Shown: positions 34,988 to 45,640, counted from the stretch's first letter. The stretch: DNA of 64,000 bases from an uncultured delta proteobacterium (GCA_963786865.1 CAWBAV010000006.1:299837-363836), one strand, 5' to 3'. Notes: generated from the letters alone by a model not told the origin. A program made the numbers and translations.

Positions 34988-36539
34988 ATGACAGAGATCA
35001 AGCGCGCACTGATATCGGTCTCCGACAAGACCGGCGTCGTCGAATTCGCCAGAGGGCTTTCCAGCGCTGGCGTCGAGATTCTTTCCACCGGCGGCACGGC
35101 TCGGGCGCTCCGAGATGGCGGAGTTTCGGTGATCGATGTTTCGGAGTACACGGAATCGCCGGAGATCATGGATGGCCGCGTGAAGACGTTGCACCCGCGC
35201 GTCCACGGCGGCATTCTAATGCGTGAGAGCAGTCAGGATCGCGACGCCCTCGGCGCCATCGGTGGCAAGTCGATCGATCTGGTCTGCGTGAACCTCTATC
35301 CCTTCGAGCAGACCGTCGCTCGGGGCGCATCCCACGATGAGACGATCGAGAACATCGACATCGGCGGACCCTCGATGGTTCGAAGTGCGGCGAAGAACCA
35401 AGCGCGCGTCACCGTCGTCACGGATCCGAGCGACTACGACGAGGTCCTCCACGCGGTGAAGTCGGGAGATGGACCGAACGCGAGCCTCCGCGCGCGCTTG
35501 GCAGCCAAGGCGTTTGCTCAGACCGCAGCCTACGACGGTGCCATCGCGGCCTACCTCACCTCCCAGGGGACTGACTCCAAGTTCCCTGGCGCGCTGACCT
35601 TGAGCTTCACGAAGGCCTACGATGTGCGTTACGGCGAGAACCCGCATCAGCAGGGCGCTTTCTACGTCGAGCGCAATGCGCCTGCGGGAAGCCTAGCGAT
35701 GGCAGAGTCCTTGGGTGCCGGCGGCAAAGAGCTCTCCTTCAACAACCTGGTCGACGTCGATGCCACCATCGAAGCGGTCCGCGAGTTCGAGGGTCCCGCA
35801 GCGGTCGTCGTAAAGCACACCAATCCATGCGGTGTGGCGACAGCGGACACGCTCGAGTCAGCGTACCGGATCGCTCGCGAGGCGGACGCGCAGAGTGCGT
35901 TCGGCGGCATCGTCGCCCTCAACCGCGAGGTCGACGATGCGACGGCGGAGGCAGTCGCTGAGACCTTCATCGAATGCATCATCGCGCCGAGCTTCGCGCC
36001 TGCGGCGCTCGAGCGGCTCCAAAAGAAGAAGAACCTCAGGATTCTCGCAACCGGGGAATGGCTGTCCGGCCGACTATGCGGCGCTCCAGTTCAAGCGCGT
36101 CGGGGGCGGTCTCGTCGTGCAAGATCGCGATGCAACCGGTCCGAGCGAGGTTCGCGCCGGCAAAGTCGTCAGCAAACGTCAGCCAACCGACGAGGAGATG
36201 CGCGCGCTCGATTTTGCCTGGCGCGTTTGCAAGCACGTGAAGTCGAACGCGATCATCTTCGCCAAGCCGGACCGCACCGTGGGCGTCGGGGCCGGACAAA
36301 TGGCGCGGGTGACCGCCGTCGGCATTGCGGCCCAGAAGGCGGGCGAGCTCTCGAAAGGCGCCGTCATGGCCTCGGACGCGTTCTTCCCTTTCCCTGACGG
36401 CATCGAGGCTGCCGCCAAGGTCGGCATCACCGCGGTCGTCCACCCAGGCGGTTCCAAAGGCGACGACAAAGTGATCGCTGCAGCCGACGCTGCCGGCATG
36501 GCGATGGTCTTCACCGGCGTTCGCCACTTCCGGCACTGA
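34988..36539 (+). pseudogene. purH: Bifunctional AICAR transformylase / IMP cyclohydrolase, interrupted by a +1 frameshift near 36053..36066
   Basis: ORF 34988.. encodes canonical PurH up to ...[13 protein letters not shown] and then becomes Arg-rich nonsense. The canonical continuation [22 protein letters not shown]...HPGGSKGD...FTGVRHFRH is in the +1 frame (ORF 35832..36539). The junction contains a GGGG run. Confidence 0.9.
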
Positions 36540-36541
36540 GG

Positions 36542-37810
36542 ATGCGCGTTCTCATCGTAGGGGGCGGCGCCCGCGAACATGCACTCGCCTGGCGGCTGTC
36601 ACAGGACGACGGGGTCGAGATCATCGGGGCGCCCGGCAATGCGGGCCTCGCGCTGATCGGCCGTACCGTTCCGATCGACCCTACCGATGCCGATCGCGTG
36701 GTCGCGCTCGCGCGGCAAGAATCAGCCGACCTGGTGCTCGTCGGCCCGGAGGCACCGCTGGTTGCTGGCGTCGTCGATGCGCTTCGCGACGACGGAATCG
36801 ACGCCTTCGGCCCGGACCGAGAGGCTGCCCAACTCGAAGGCTCCAAGATCTTCTCGAAAGAGTTCATGGCGCGCCATCAGATCCCGACAGCAGGCTTTGC
36901 GGTCTTCGACGATCCGGACGCGGCGACCCGCTACATCGAGGAGGCGAATCGTCCCCTGGTCGTGAAGGCCGATGGTCTCGCGGCGGGTAAGGGCGTCATC
37001 GTCGCAAGCGATGCCGCCGAAGCGATCGCTGGCATCGACCTCATCATGCGAGATCGCGCGTTTGGAAGCGCAGGCGATCGCGTTCTCATCGAGGAGTGCC
37101 TCGTCGGTCAGGAGGTGAGCTATCACGTCGTTTCCGACGGAAAGCGCTTCATTCCACTGGCTCCCGCTCAGGACCACAAGCGCGCCTTCGACGGAGACAA
37201 GGGGCCGAACACCGGAGGCATGGGAGCGTACTCTCCGCCGCCGATCGTCACTTCTGCTGTCGAGCGAAAGATCATCGAGCGTGTCATCGAGCCGACTCTC
37301 GAAGGCATGGCGGCCGAGGGGCGCCCGTTCCGAGGCGCGCTCTTCGTTGGCTTGATGATCGTGGACGGCGAGCCCCTCGTCCTCGAGTACAACACCCGAT
37401 TCGGCGACCCCGAGTGCCAGACCTTGATGACGCGCTGGAAGGGATCGATCATGCCCTTGATTCGTGGCTCTGCGCTGGGCGATTTCGGCGGATTGAGCCC
37501 CCAGTGGGAGGCTCCCGCTTCGCTTTGCGTCGTCCTGGCCGCGGGCGGCTACCCGGGCAGCTACGAAAAGGGGAAACCGATCCGCGGCCTCGACGAAGCA
37601 TCTGCGCTTCCCGGCGTGACCGTGTTTCATGCGGGCACCGCGTTCGAAGGCGATCAGGTCGTCACCTCGGGTGGAAGGGTCCTTTCGGTGACGGCGATCG
37701 GCGAGACGATCGACGAAGCCGCCGAGCGCGCGTACGCCGCCGCCGCCAAGATCGAGTTCGAGGGCAAGCAATTCCGCCGCGATATCGGCTGGCGGGCCCG
37801 CAGCCGCTGA
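36542..37810 (+). CDS. purD: Phosphoribosylamine-glycine ligase
   Basis: Observed motifs: [31 protein letters not shown], EEFLxGxE-like [31 protein letters not shown]. Confidence 0.94.
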   Translation: MRVLIVGGGAREHALAWRLSQDDGVEIIGAPGNAGLALIGRTVPIDPTDADRVVALARQESADLVLVGPEAPLVAGVVDALRDDGIDAFGPDREAAQLEGSKIFSKEFMARHQIPTAGFAVFDDPDAATRYIEEANRPLVVKADGLAAGKGVIVASDAAEAIAGIDLIMRDRAFGSAGDRVLIEECLVGQEVSYHVVSDGKRFIPLAPAQDHKRAFDGDKGPNTGGMGAYSPPPIVTSAVERKIIERVIEPTLEGMAAEGRPFRGALFVGLMIVDGEPLVLEYNTRFGDPECQTLMTRWKGSIMPLIRGSALGDFGGLSPQWEAPASLCVVLAAGGYPGSYEKGKPIRGLDEASALPGVTVFHAGTAFEGDQVVTSGGRVLSVTAIGETIDEAAERAYAAAAKIEFEGKQFRRDIGWRARSR

Positions 37811-38388
37811 TGGACGCGCTAGCACCCTTTGTGAAGATTCTCGAGGAGGGTGGCATCGTGGCCTGTCCAACCGAGACCTGGCTGGGCCTCCTCGCCGATG
37901 CCCGCAGCTTCGAGGCGGTCCGCCGGGTCTCCGAGCTCAAGGGCCGGCCGCACGAGATGCCGATCGCCTTGCTCCTCCCAAACGCCTCCGCCGTCTCGGA
38001 GCTCGCTGAGTCTTGCTCCGATGCAGCGCAGTCCCTCATGAGGACTTACTGGCCCGGACCTCTGACAATCCTCCTGCTGGCCAAGCCAGGCCTGAGCCCC
38101 GGGCTCGTGAAAGATGGCAAGGTCGGCGTCCGCGTTCCCGGCTCGAGCCAGGCGGCCGAGCTGGTGCGCGCCTTTGGGCATCCACTGACCGCCACCAGCG
38201 CCAATCTGAGCGGGCAGCCCCCGCTCCGAAGCATCGACGAGCTTCCTCCAGGCATGGTTCGCGGGCTTGGCGGAATGGTTCCTGGGGTCGCGCCGGGCGG
38301 TGCGCCTTCGACCTTGATCGACGCCACCACGACACCCATGAAGGTCCTGCGCCACGGAGCGATCGAGGTCGACACCGCCGCTCTTTGA
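37810..38388 (+). CDS. tsaC: L-threonylcarbamoyladenylate synthase (YrdC/TsaC domain)
   Basis: The ATG overlaps the purD stop. Observed motifs: CPTETWLGLLADA, KGRPHEMPIALL, WPGPLTILL, VRVPGS, LTATSANLSGQPP. The listed ORF 37096..38388 has a spurious 5' extension inside purD. Confidence 0.85.
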   Translation: MDALAPFVKILEEGGIVACPTETWLGLLADARSFEAVRRVSELKGRPHEMPIALLLPNASAVSELAESCSDAAQSLMRTYWPGPLTILLLAKPGLSPGLVKDGKVGVRVPGSSQAAELVRAFGHPLTATSANLSGQPPLRSIDELPPGMVRGLGGMVPGVAPGGAPSTLIDATTTPMKVLRHGAIEVDTAAL

Positions 38389-38431
38389 CAGAGGCGGTGC
38401 TGCTGCGTCACTCTTCGCCTACGGAGGACCG

Positions 38432-38695
38432 ATGGCGCTGATCGAAACCGAAGAAGCCGCACGTCGCTTGGCACGCGCGATCTCGAGTGACCTTGCTCTC
38501 TACAACGAGGACAAGATTGCCGAGGGCGTTCGAAACGACAATCTTTTCGACCTGATGGAGGACGAAATTCAAGAAGGTCGTGACCTTTATCAGAGCCGAG
38601 TCGCGCCCGAGCTCATCGGTCGCAACCTCTACGACCGAGCGATCGTCGACCTGCTCGTCCGTTCCAAGGCGCACGTCGAATCTCCGATCTGGTAG
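38432..38695 (+). CDS. Hypothetical small acidic helical protein
   Basis: 87-aa ORF with ordinary amino-acid composition (MALIETEEAARRLARAISSDLALYNEDKIAEG...). I recognise no family. Confidence 0.45.
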   Translation: MALIETEEAARRLARAISSDLALYNEDKIAEGVRNDNLFDLMEDEIQEGRDLYQSRVAPELIGRNLYDRAIVDLLVRSKAHVESPIW

Positions 38696-38708
38696 GCCTG
38701 GGCGCGCG

Positions 38709-39434
38709 ATGACTGGCACCTGCATCGGGCGGCTGGCGGTAGCTGGCTGCCTTGGTCTCCTTCTTGCCGGGTGCGGTGATGAGAGCACCGGCTCGGCCGG
38801 CAGCGCCGGCACCGGGGGCGTCGCGGGCAGCGGCGGAGCGGGAGGCGTTGGGGGCACCGGCGGCGCGACCCCAGCTCCCATTGCGGGTCTTTGGGATGGA
38901 GGGCGCAACGGCTTTCGGGTCTGTATGTTCGTCGGCTTCGAGGGCCAACGGCTCGAGGCGAGCCCCGAATGCGATCTAGGGGATGCAGCGGAGCCCAGCG
39001 CGGGCGCCTATGCCTTCGATCTCAGCGTCGATGGGGTCGGAGTCGATCAGAACGGCGCGAATTGTAGCTTCGTCGTGCGCTACGAGGGGGACGTGCCCAT
39101 CCATGAGCTGACCGGAGTGTTTCGAGTGGACGCGGCCCCTGGACCGGGCGGCTCCACGCTCTCCTTGTCGGGCGAAATCGCGGGGGACCAGGCGACGGGT
39201 GTCGCGCGCTCCGAGCTGGACGGTTCTTATTGCGAGGTCGGCTGGGCGGCCGAGCGGACCACGCAATGCGACGATGCGGCGATCAACGCGTGCCTCGACC
39301 TCCAGGACTGCTGCAGGGCGATCCTGGTCAATCCGATCTTCTTCCAGACCTGCAATTCGGTCGTGCTCCGGTGCGACAAGGCGGCCTGCGAGGCGGTGCT
39401 GGCCGGGTACCCGCAATGCGCGCCGGACGAATAG
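38709..39434 (+). CDS. Hypothetical lipoprotein with a Gly-rich linker and a Cys-rich C-terminus
   Basis: The ATG at 38709 opens MTGTCIGRLAVAGCLGLLLAGCGDE (lipobox LAGC). A GSAGTGG linker follows, and the C-terminal part contains 10 Cys. Confidence 0.6.
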   Translation: MTGTCIGRLAVAGCLGLLLAGCGDESTGSAGSAGTGGVAGSGGAGGVGGTGGATPAPIAGLWDGGRNGFRVCMFVGFEGQRLEASPECDLGDAAEPSAGAYAFDLSVDGVGVDQNGANCSFVVRYEGDVPIHELTGVFRVDAAPGPGGSTLSLSGEIAGDQATGVARSELDGSYCEVGWAAERTTQCDDAAINACLDLQDCCRAILVNPIFFQTCNSVVLRCDKAACEAVLAGYPQCAPDE

Positions 39435-39445
39435 CAGTCCGCCTT

Positions 39446-40390
39446 CTAATCGAGGCGCAAGGCCCTCAGCGCACGCTGGAAATCTTCGGGGGGCTCGGTT
39501 TCGAACCGCAATGGCTCGCCCGTGATCGGATGCGCGAACGCGAGCAGCGCGGCGTGCAGCGCTTGACGACCGAGCTCGGCCGAAACGCCTCGAAGCTCGG
39601 GATCGCCGACCGACTTTCCGTAGAGCGGGTCGCCGAGAACAGGATGACCGTGCTCCGCGAGGTGCACCCGGATCTGATGCGTGCGACCCGTCTCGAGACG
39701 ACAACGAACCAGAGCGCTTCCGTGGAGAAACTCGAGAGATTCTAGGTGAGTGATCGCGCGGCGGCCCCGATCGCCTCGTGAGGTGAACTTCTTTCGGTTC
39801 GCCGGATGTCGCCCATGGAAGGTGTCGTAGGTGACCGAGCGCGGCGGTCGGCCGAGCACGATCGCGAGATATGCGCGCTCGAGGGCGTGCTCTTGAAACA
39901 TCTCCACCAAACGCTCATGGGCCCTCGCCGTCTTGGCGACGACCATCACTCCGCTGGTGTCCTTGTCGAGCCGATGCACGATCCCCGGGCGGAGCGGGTC
40001 GGAGCCTCCCTGGACCGCCGCATGATGCAAGAGCGCATTGACGAGGGTGCCATCGGGGTGGCCCGGCGCCGGGTGGACGACCAGGCCTGCGGCCTTGTCC
40101 AGCAGAACCAGATGCTCGTCTTCGAAGAGCACGGTCAGCGGGATCTCTTGCGGCTCCGCGCTCATGGCCTCGGGTGGGGCGGGGTGAATCGTCACCTCGG
40201 CGCCGGCTTCGGCCTTGGTCTTTCGAGAAACGACCTCGCCGGCCTGCTCGATACGGCCCTGCTCGATCCAGCGCTGCAGGGCGCTCCTCGAATACTCGGG
40301 GCAGCGGCGTGCCAGGACTCTGTCAATTCGCTCTCCGGCATCGTCGTCCGAGACGATGAGCACGGTCGGCGTCGGCGCCGAGTCCGACAT
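39446..40390 (-). CDS. rluD: RluA-family 23S rRNA pseudouridine synthase (RluD-like, with S4 domain)
   Basis: N-terminal S4-like RIDRVLA. Other matches: LLDKAAGLVVHP, the catalytic HRLDKDTSGVMVVAKT, and TGRTHQIRVHL. Confidence 0.88.
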   Translation of the reverse strand: MSDSAPTPTVLIVSDDDAGERIDRVLARRCPEYSRSALQRWIEQGRIEQAGEVVSRKTKAEAGAEVTIHPAPPEAMSAEPQEIPLTVLFEDEHLVLLDKAAGLVVHPAPGHPDGTLVNALLHHAAVQGGSDPLRPGIVHRLDKDTSGVMVVAKTARAHERLVEMFQEHALERAYLAIVLGRPPRSVTYDTFHGRHPANRKKFTSRGDRGRRAITHLESLEFLHGSALVRCRLETGRTHQIRVHLAEHGHPVLGDPLYGKSVGDPELRGVSAELGRQALHAALLAFAHPITGEPLRFETEPPEDFQRALRALRLD

Positions 40391-40393
40391 TGC

Positions 40394-41041
40394 CTACTTG
40401 AGTCTCTTGGCGAGCTGCTGGGCGTTGGTCTGCATGTCGATGTTCTGAAACACGCAGATGCCGAGCTCGGGCTGAAGGCTGTTGCAGTGATCGGCGATCT
40501 TGGCGATCGAAGCCTCGTCGTAGCGGGACCGGTGGCCCGCCGGGCCAGGGAGGCGGATGTAGACGAAGTCGGACTTGGGTGGAGGATCCTCGAGAAGCGG
40601 GTCGTACGCTGCGACGGCAGGCCGATCCCCGCAGGCCGCGGCGATGTCACTTGGCTTCCAGGCGTCGAGATCGAACACGACCGTGGGCATGTCCGATGGC
40701 AAGAAACCTAGAAACGATCGAAGAGCACTCCGGTTGGCCTTGCCATGCTTGAAGTTTTCGTCCGCGTTGAAGACGACCGCTTTGGCCTTGAGCTTCTTGG
40801 CCAGGGCCGCCACAGCCTCGCAGGTCGCCTTGTTCTCCTTGGTGCGCCGAAACCCGGAGTCGCTCACCGACTTGGGCGCCACCACGGAGAAGAGGAAGCC
40901 TTCGGGGGATTCCCGAACCCAGCGCCGGACGGTACCCGCACCAGGAATGGCGATCTCCGTGTCCGAGATTTCCACCGCATCAAATTCTCGCCAGTATCGG
41001 CTGACCGGCACGGGGAAGCCGGAGCACGCGACTACAAACAT
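40394..41041 (-). CDS. DUF72 (YecE-like) family protein
   Basis: The start is taken at the ATG at 41041 (MFVVACSGFPVPVSRYWREFDAVEISDT...). WVRESPEGFLFSVVAPK fits DUF72. The track ORF extends to 41278 with non-homologous sequence. Confidence 0.6.
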   Translation of the reverse strand: MFVVACSGFPVPVSRYWREFDAVEISDTEIAIPGAGTVRRWVRESPEGFLFSVVAPKSVSDSGFRRTKENKATCEAVAALAKKLKAKAVVFNADENFKHGKANRSALRSFLGFLPSDMPTVVFDLDAWKPSDIAAACGDRPAVAAYDPLLEDPPPKSDFVYIRLPGPAGHRSRYDEASIAKIADHCNSLQPELGICVFQNIDMQTNAQQLAKRLK

Positions 41042-41140
41042 TGCGCGAGAGTATACAAGCTTTGGCGAAGAAGGCCCGAGCTGAACCCTCGATTGGCGGG
41101 AATTCCTCGGTTCGGGATCAGCTCTGATAGGATCGCGGCC

Positions 41141-42523
41141 GTGTCTGATTTCGGATTCGACGCCCATGCGCTCGACGAGGCGGATACCGCCGGGGGGCCG
41201 CATCCGTTGGAGATCGCTCGCGATCTGATCGCGCGGGGAAAGGCCCTCGCTGCGCTCCAGTTGCTCAGCGGGCACCATGACGAAATGGCGGACGATCCAG
41301 ACTATCTGCTGGTCTGTTCCGAGGCCTGGTGTGCCGAAGGCGATGAGCTACGCGCGCAGCAAGCGCTCCTGGGCGCTGCGCGCCTTGCGCCCGAGGATCC
41401 GCGACCCTTGCTATGGCTGGGCGAGCTCTTGAGTGAGCTCGGGGAGCATGCCAAGGCCGAACGCGTCATGGCGAAAGCGCGTGCCTTGAGCAACCGGCCC
41501 AGCTGGGCAGCGGTTTCCGAGGACGATGAAGCGTCGGGTGCGGACGACGACCTGATCGCGTTCGCGGAGAGGCAGGAGCGCAGGACTCAATCTGCCATGA
41601 GCCCGAAGCATCTCGCTCTTGGCGTCGCGGCATTGGCCCTCGTCGGGCTGACGGTGGCCGGCATCGCCAGACTCACCTCAGGCCCCGTCGAGCCGAGCCT
41701 GCCCCCTCCGGCAACCGCGCCCGAGATCGCGGTCGAGCCTCAGCCCGAGCCCCACATTGCGACCGAGATCGCGCCCGCCGTCGGGCATGCCGAGGTCGAG
41801 CCAGAGCCGCCAGGCTCCATCGGAGAGGCCCCGCTCGAGTTGCTTCCTCCATCCATCCTTCGAGCGACGGAGCACGCCACGAGCGACGCCCCTGGATCGA
41901 GCAGGATCACCGACGTTCCCGAGACCGCTGCGGCGGTTCGCAAGGCTCCGCCGTCGGCGCCACGCGAGACGGCTTCTTCGACGACACGCAACGCCGATCG
42001 ACCGTCGAGGGACGCGGAGCCCCCTGCGAGCGTCGTCCAAGCCGAGCTGGCGTCCATGAATCCGGAGGAGCTGACGACGCGCGGCGACGCGCTCTACGCA
42101 CGGGGTCACTCAGGTCTTGCCGCCATCTACTATCGACGTGCGCTCGAGCTCGACCCTGACTACGCGCCCGCTCTGGTTGGAGCCGGCCGAGGCACCTTGC
42201 GCGCGAAGAAGTACTCCGAGGCCATGCGCAGCGCGACACGTGCGCTCGCGCTCGCCCGCGGGGTGGACGCGCGCCCGGGCCTCGAGGCTGCAGCCCTCTA
42301 TCAAATGGGTCGCGTCAAGTTCGAGCAGGGCGAACGTGATGCGGCGCGGCAGTTGTTCCGTCAGTCGATCTCGCTTCCCGGCGCGCCTCCGCAGGCCTGG
42401 TTCTATCTTGGCGAAGCCCTTGCGAGCGACAACTCGCCCGTCGCCAGGGAGGCCTACGAGCGCTATCTCGAGCTCGTCCCACAGGGGCATTTGGCAGATC
42501 GGGCCCGCAGAGCCATTCAGTAG
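41141..42523 (+). CDS. TPR-repeat membrane protein
   Basis: Probable GTG start at 41141. There is a central TM helix (HLALGVAALALVGLTVAGIA), a Pro/Glu-rich linker and C-terminal TPR repeats (GDALYARGHSGLAAIYYRRALELDPDYAPAL...). The 5' part of ORF 40745.. overlaps DUF72 antisense. Confidence 0.6.
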   Translation: MSDFGFDAHALDEADTAGGPHPLEIARDLIARGKALAALQLLSGHHDEMADDPDYLLVCSEAWCAEGDELRAQQALLGAARLAPEDPRPLLWLGELLSELGEHAKAERVMAKARALSNRPSWAAVSEDDEASGADDDLIAFAERQERRTQSAMSPKHLALGVAALALVGLTVAGIARLTSGPVEPSLPPPATAPEIAVEPQPEPHIATEIAPAVGHAEVEPEPPGSIGEAPLELLPPSILRATEHATSDAPGSSRITDVPETAAAVRKAPPSAPRETASSTTRNADRPSRDAEPPASVVQAELASMNPEELTTRGDALYARGHSGLAAIYYRRALELDPDYAPALVGAGRGTLRAKKYSEAMRSATRALALARGVDARPGLEAAALYQMGRVKFEQGERDAARQLFRQSISLPGAPPQAWFYLGEALASDNSPVAREAYERYLELVPQGHLADRARRAIQ

Positions 42524-42535
42524 TATGCTCCGGCG

Positions 42536-42853
42536 ATGGTGAAGAAACAGAACGAGCGGCGCCAAGCTCGAAAGGAGCGCGCGCGGGAAGCAAAGGAAGC
42601 CAAGCGCGAAGCCCAGGAGCGTGCAGAGCGGCGGCGTCGCATGCAGCTCCGACTGTCCGCAGCGGTCGCGGCGCTCACGTTGCTGATCGCTGGGATTTGC
42701 TACTGGGCGCTCGACAACCGTCAACTGATGGGCATCACGCTTCTCGTCGGTGGCGTGCTCTTCCTCGTGATCGCGCTCGGAACCTTGGCTTCTGGTGTGC
42801 AGCCGCGCGATCGAACGCGCGCTGGGTCCATCGATTACGGCAATCGGAACTGA
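42536..42853 (+). CDS. Hypothetical small membrane protein with a highly charged N-terminus
   Basis: 105 aa. A KERAREAKEAKREAQERAERRRR stretch is followed by two TM helices. Confidence 0.45.
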   Translation: MVKKQNERRQARKERAREAKEAKREAQERAERRRRMQLRLSAAVAALTLLIAGICYWALDNRQLMGITLLVGGVLFLVIALGTLASGVQPRDRTRAGSIDYGNRN

Positions 42854-42863
42854 GGAGATTCCC

Positions 42864-43382
42864 TTGGATGAGTCCGAGTCCGAGCGATGGGAAGCCGCCG
42901 AAGAGGGGATGGAGCTCCTGCACTCCGGCGAGATCGATCGAGCGATCGACGAGCTCGTTCGGGTGACACGCGAAGATCCGACGAACGAGTACGCGTTTCA
43001 CTTCCTCGGGCACGCATACTTTCAGAAGGAGGCGTTCCCCGAGGCGCTCAAGAGCTACGTCGAAGCGCTCAAGCTCGCTCCCGAATACATCGGCGCAATG
43101 ATCGGCGCCGGACAGACCCTTCGCATGATGGGCGAGTACGACCGCGCGATTCGCATGGGTCGCCGAGTGCTTCGGGAGCGCGAGGATGACGGCGACGCGC
43201 TCTTTCTCGTAGGGGCGGCACACTTTCAAAAGGGAGAAAACCAGGCGGCAAAGCGGTATCTCGAGCGTTTCCTGGAGACCAGTCCGGAGCTCGAAATTGC
43301 GCTGGAAGTCGAGGGCATGCTGCAGGTCATCCGCGGCGAGGTCTTGCCTTTCCCAGGCGCCGAGGACACGGTAGAGAACTAG
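42864..43382 (+). CDS. TPR-repeat protein
   Basis: An in-frame TTG at 42864 follows gaggag. TPR repeats: AIDELVRVTREDPTNEYAFHFLGHAYFQKEAFPEALKSYVEALKLAPEY... The start is uncertain. Confidence 0.6.
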   Translation: MDESESERWEAAEEGMELLHSGEIDRAIDELVRVTREDPTNEYAFHFLGHAYFQKEAFPEALKSYVEALKLAPEYIGAMIGAGQTLRMMGEYDRAIRMGRRVLREREDDGDALFLVGAAHFQKGENQAAKRYLERFLETSPELEIALEVEGMLQVIRGEVLPFPGAEDTVEN

Positions 43383-43394
43383 CAGGAGGCAGCG

Positions 43395-45107
43395 GTGGCC
43401 GCGGACCCGGCAAAGAGACTGACAGCGGAGGGCGCTTCGAGCGACGAAGAAGAGACCCTTCGCGAGGAGGCCCGCCGCTGGCGCGAAGAGGACGTGAAGG
43501 CCGCGACCACGCGTCATCCCCTGCGCAAGGATCGCTTCACCACACTCAGCGACCTCGAGGTGCCAGACCTGCTCACGCCGGCGGACCTCGACGAGGATTA
43601 CCAGCGCGACCTCGGTTTTCCCGGGCAGTTTCCCTATACGCGCGGGGTGCAGCCGACGATGTACCGCGGTCGCCTCTGGACCATGCGGATGTTCGCGGGT
43701 TTCGGGACCCCCCGTCAGACGAACGAGCGTTTTCGTTACTTGCTCGACCAGGGACAGACCGGTCTTTCCACGGCCTTCGATTTTCCAACGTTGATGGGCT
43801 ACGACAGCGACTCCCCTCGCTCGCTCGGCGAGGTGGGCATGGTGGGCGTCGCCGTCGACACTCTCCATGACATGGAGGTTCTCTTCGACCAGATCCCGCT
43901 CGACAAGGTCACCACGTCGATGACGATCAATGGTCCGGCGGCCGTCCTCCTCGGATTCTACGTGGCGCTGGCGGACAAACGCGGCATTCGGCGAGACCAG
44001 ATCGGTGGCACGGTCCAAAACGATTGCCTCAAGGAGTTCATCGCACAGCATGCCTGGGTGGTTCCGCCACGCCCGGCAATGCGAATCGTCACCGATTCGA
44101 TCGAGTTTTGTACGAAAGAAGTTCCGCGCTGGAACAGCGTCAGCATCAGCGGCTACCACATTCGCGAGGCGGGCTCGACCGCTGCACAGGAGCTTGCGTT
44201 CACGATCGCCGATGGACTCGAATACGTGAAATGGGGAGTCGAGCGTGGCTTGGACGTCGATGCGTTCGCACCGCGTCTCTCGTTCTTTTTCGACGTTCAC
44301 AGCGACTTCTTCGAAGAGGTTGCGAAGTTCCGTGCTGCCCGTCGCATGTGGGCCCGACTCATGAAAGACCGGTTCAATCCGAAGAACCCCGGCTCGATGA
44401 TGCTGCGCACGCACGCCCAGACGGCCGGTGTTTCGCTGACCGCGCAGCAGCCCTACAACAACGTCGCGCGCGTCGCACTCCAGGCTCTTGCCGCGGTCTT
44501 GGGCGGCACTCAGTCCCTACACACCAACAGCCTCGACGAGACATTCGCGCTTCCGACCGAAGAAGCCGTGACCATCGCGCTTCGTACGCAGCAGATCATC
44601 GCCGAGGAGTCGGGCGTGACCAACAGCATCGACCCGCTGGCGGGCAGTTACTTCGTCGAATGGATGACCGATCGCATGGAAGAAGAGGCCATGGGTTACA
44701 TCCGCAAGATCGACGAGCTCGGAGGGATGGTGGAAGCGGTCGAGCGCGGCTATCCGCAGCGTGAGATCGCCGCTTCGGCGTATCGTCTTCAGCGGCAGAT
44801 CGAGAGTGGCGAGAAGACGCTCGTGGGCGTGAACAAGTACGTCCAGGACGAGCACGCCGACATTCCGACCCTCCGGGTCGACGAGTCGATCCAGAAGGAG
44901 CAGGTCGAAAGCCTGGCGAGGGTCAAGGCCCAGCGAGATGCCGGTGCCGTCTCGAAGGCCCTCGCAGCGATCGCCGAAGACTGCCGCGCCGATCGCAACG
45001 TCATGCCAGGCATCGTCGAAGCTGCCAAGGTTTACTGCACTGAACAAGAGATCTGCGACGTCTTCCGCGGGGTCTTCGGGCAGTACCAAGACCGCCCCGA
45101 ATTCTAG
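43395..45107 (+). CDS. Methylmalonyl-CoA mutase-family large subunit (catalytic TIM-barrel domain only)
   Basis: A GTG follows aggagg. Observed motifs: [68 protein letters not shown]. No C-terminal DxHxxG B12-binding domain is present. Confidence 0.88.
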   Translation: MAADPAKRLTAEGASSDEEETLREEARRWREEDVKAATTRHPLRKDRFTTLSDLEVPDLLTPADLDEDYQRDLGFPGQFPYTRGVQPTMYRGRLWTMRMFAGFGTPRQTNERFRYLLDQGQTGLSTAFDFPTLMGYDSDSPRSLGEVGMVGVAVDTLHDMEVLFDQIPLDKVTTSMTINGPAAVLLGFYVALADKRGIRRDQIGGTVQNDCLKEFIAQHAWVVPPRPAMRIVTDSIEFCTKEVPRWNSVSISGYHIREAGSTAAQELAFTIADGLEYVKWGVERGLDVDAFAPRLSFFFDVHSDFFEEVAKFRAARRMWARLMKDRFNPKNPGSMMLRTHAQTAGVSLTAQQPYNNVARVALQALAAVLGGTQSLHTNSLDETFALPTEEAVTIALRTQQIIAEESGVTNSIDPLAGSYFVEWMTDRMEEEAMGYIRKIDELGGMVEAVERGYPQREIAASAYRLQRQIESGEKTLVGVNKYVQDEHADIPTLRVDESIQKEQVESLARVKAQRDAGAVSKALAAIAEDCRADRNVMPGIVEAAKVYCTEQEICDVFRGVFGQYQDRPEF

Positions 45108-45115
45108 GCCTCAGC

Positions 45116-45547
45116 CTAGTGCCCCGTCATGCGTAGCCACATGGCGGCCAGCATGGCAGCGACCATGAGCGCGAGCCCCACCGTGCCGATGATGTCCTCC
45201 ACGCGCTTTCGCCGGTGTCGGTCGTCCAACCAGCCAGGGGCCGCGAGATCCGGGGGAGAGCTCTTCTTGGACGGAAGCGGCGCGGGAGGCGGCAAGGGTC
45301 TCCGCAGGAGCGGATCGGGCAGGGCGGGAGCTGGGTTGATCACGTCGCGCCATTGTTCTTGTCGCAACCGCCGACCCTGCACAACGTGACTCGAATCGCT
45401 CGGGGCAGCGGATGGATCACGGAGCGCTCGAACGACCTTGCGGGTCGTGTCCCGTGGTTTCTTTCGGAAATGACTCGGCCGTCGCCTTGGCTTTCCGGGG
45501 AGCTCCGGGTCGTCGTCAGGGTGCGGCACGGCTGATTTTCCTTTCAC
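45116..45547 (-). CDS. Hypothetical tail-anchored Pro/Arg-rich protein
   Basis: GTG start. The N-terminal part is basic and Pro-rich, with a single C-terminal TM helix (IIGTVGLALMVAAMLAAMWL). No homology recognised. Confidence 0.35.
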   Translation of the reverse strand: MKGKSAVPHPDDDPELPGKPRRRPSHFRKKPRDTTRKVVRALRDPSAAPSDSSHVVQGRRLRQEQWRDVINPAPALPDPLLRRPLPPPAPLPSKKSSPPDLAAPGWLDDRHRRKRVEDIIGTVGLALMVAAMLAAMWLRMTGH

Positions 45548-45640
45548 CGTCCCCCTGCGGCTTGTTTTCGAGTATACCGCTCAATCGTTCAGTGTCATCG
45601 CGCTGCTCGACTTTTGGAGAGTTCTCTTACAATTCGACCG

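Noticed and set aside
36722-37870. 382-aa minus-strand ORF opposite purD
   Set aside because: It is antisense to canonical purD. It is Arg/Asp/Ala-rich with no motifs.
42735-44414. 559-aa minus-strand ORF across the TPR gene and the mutase gene
   Set aside because: It is antisense to the clearly conserved methylmalonyl-CoA mutase-family gene and spans an intergenic gap. It is a shadow ORF.
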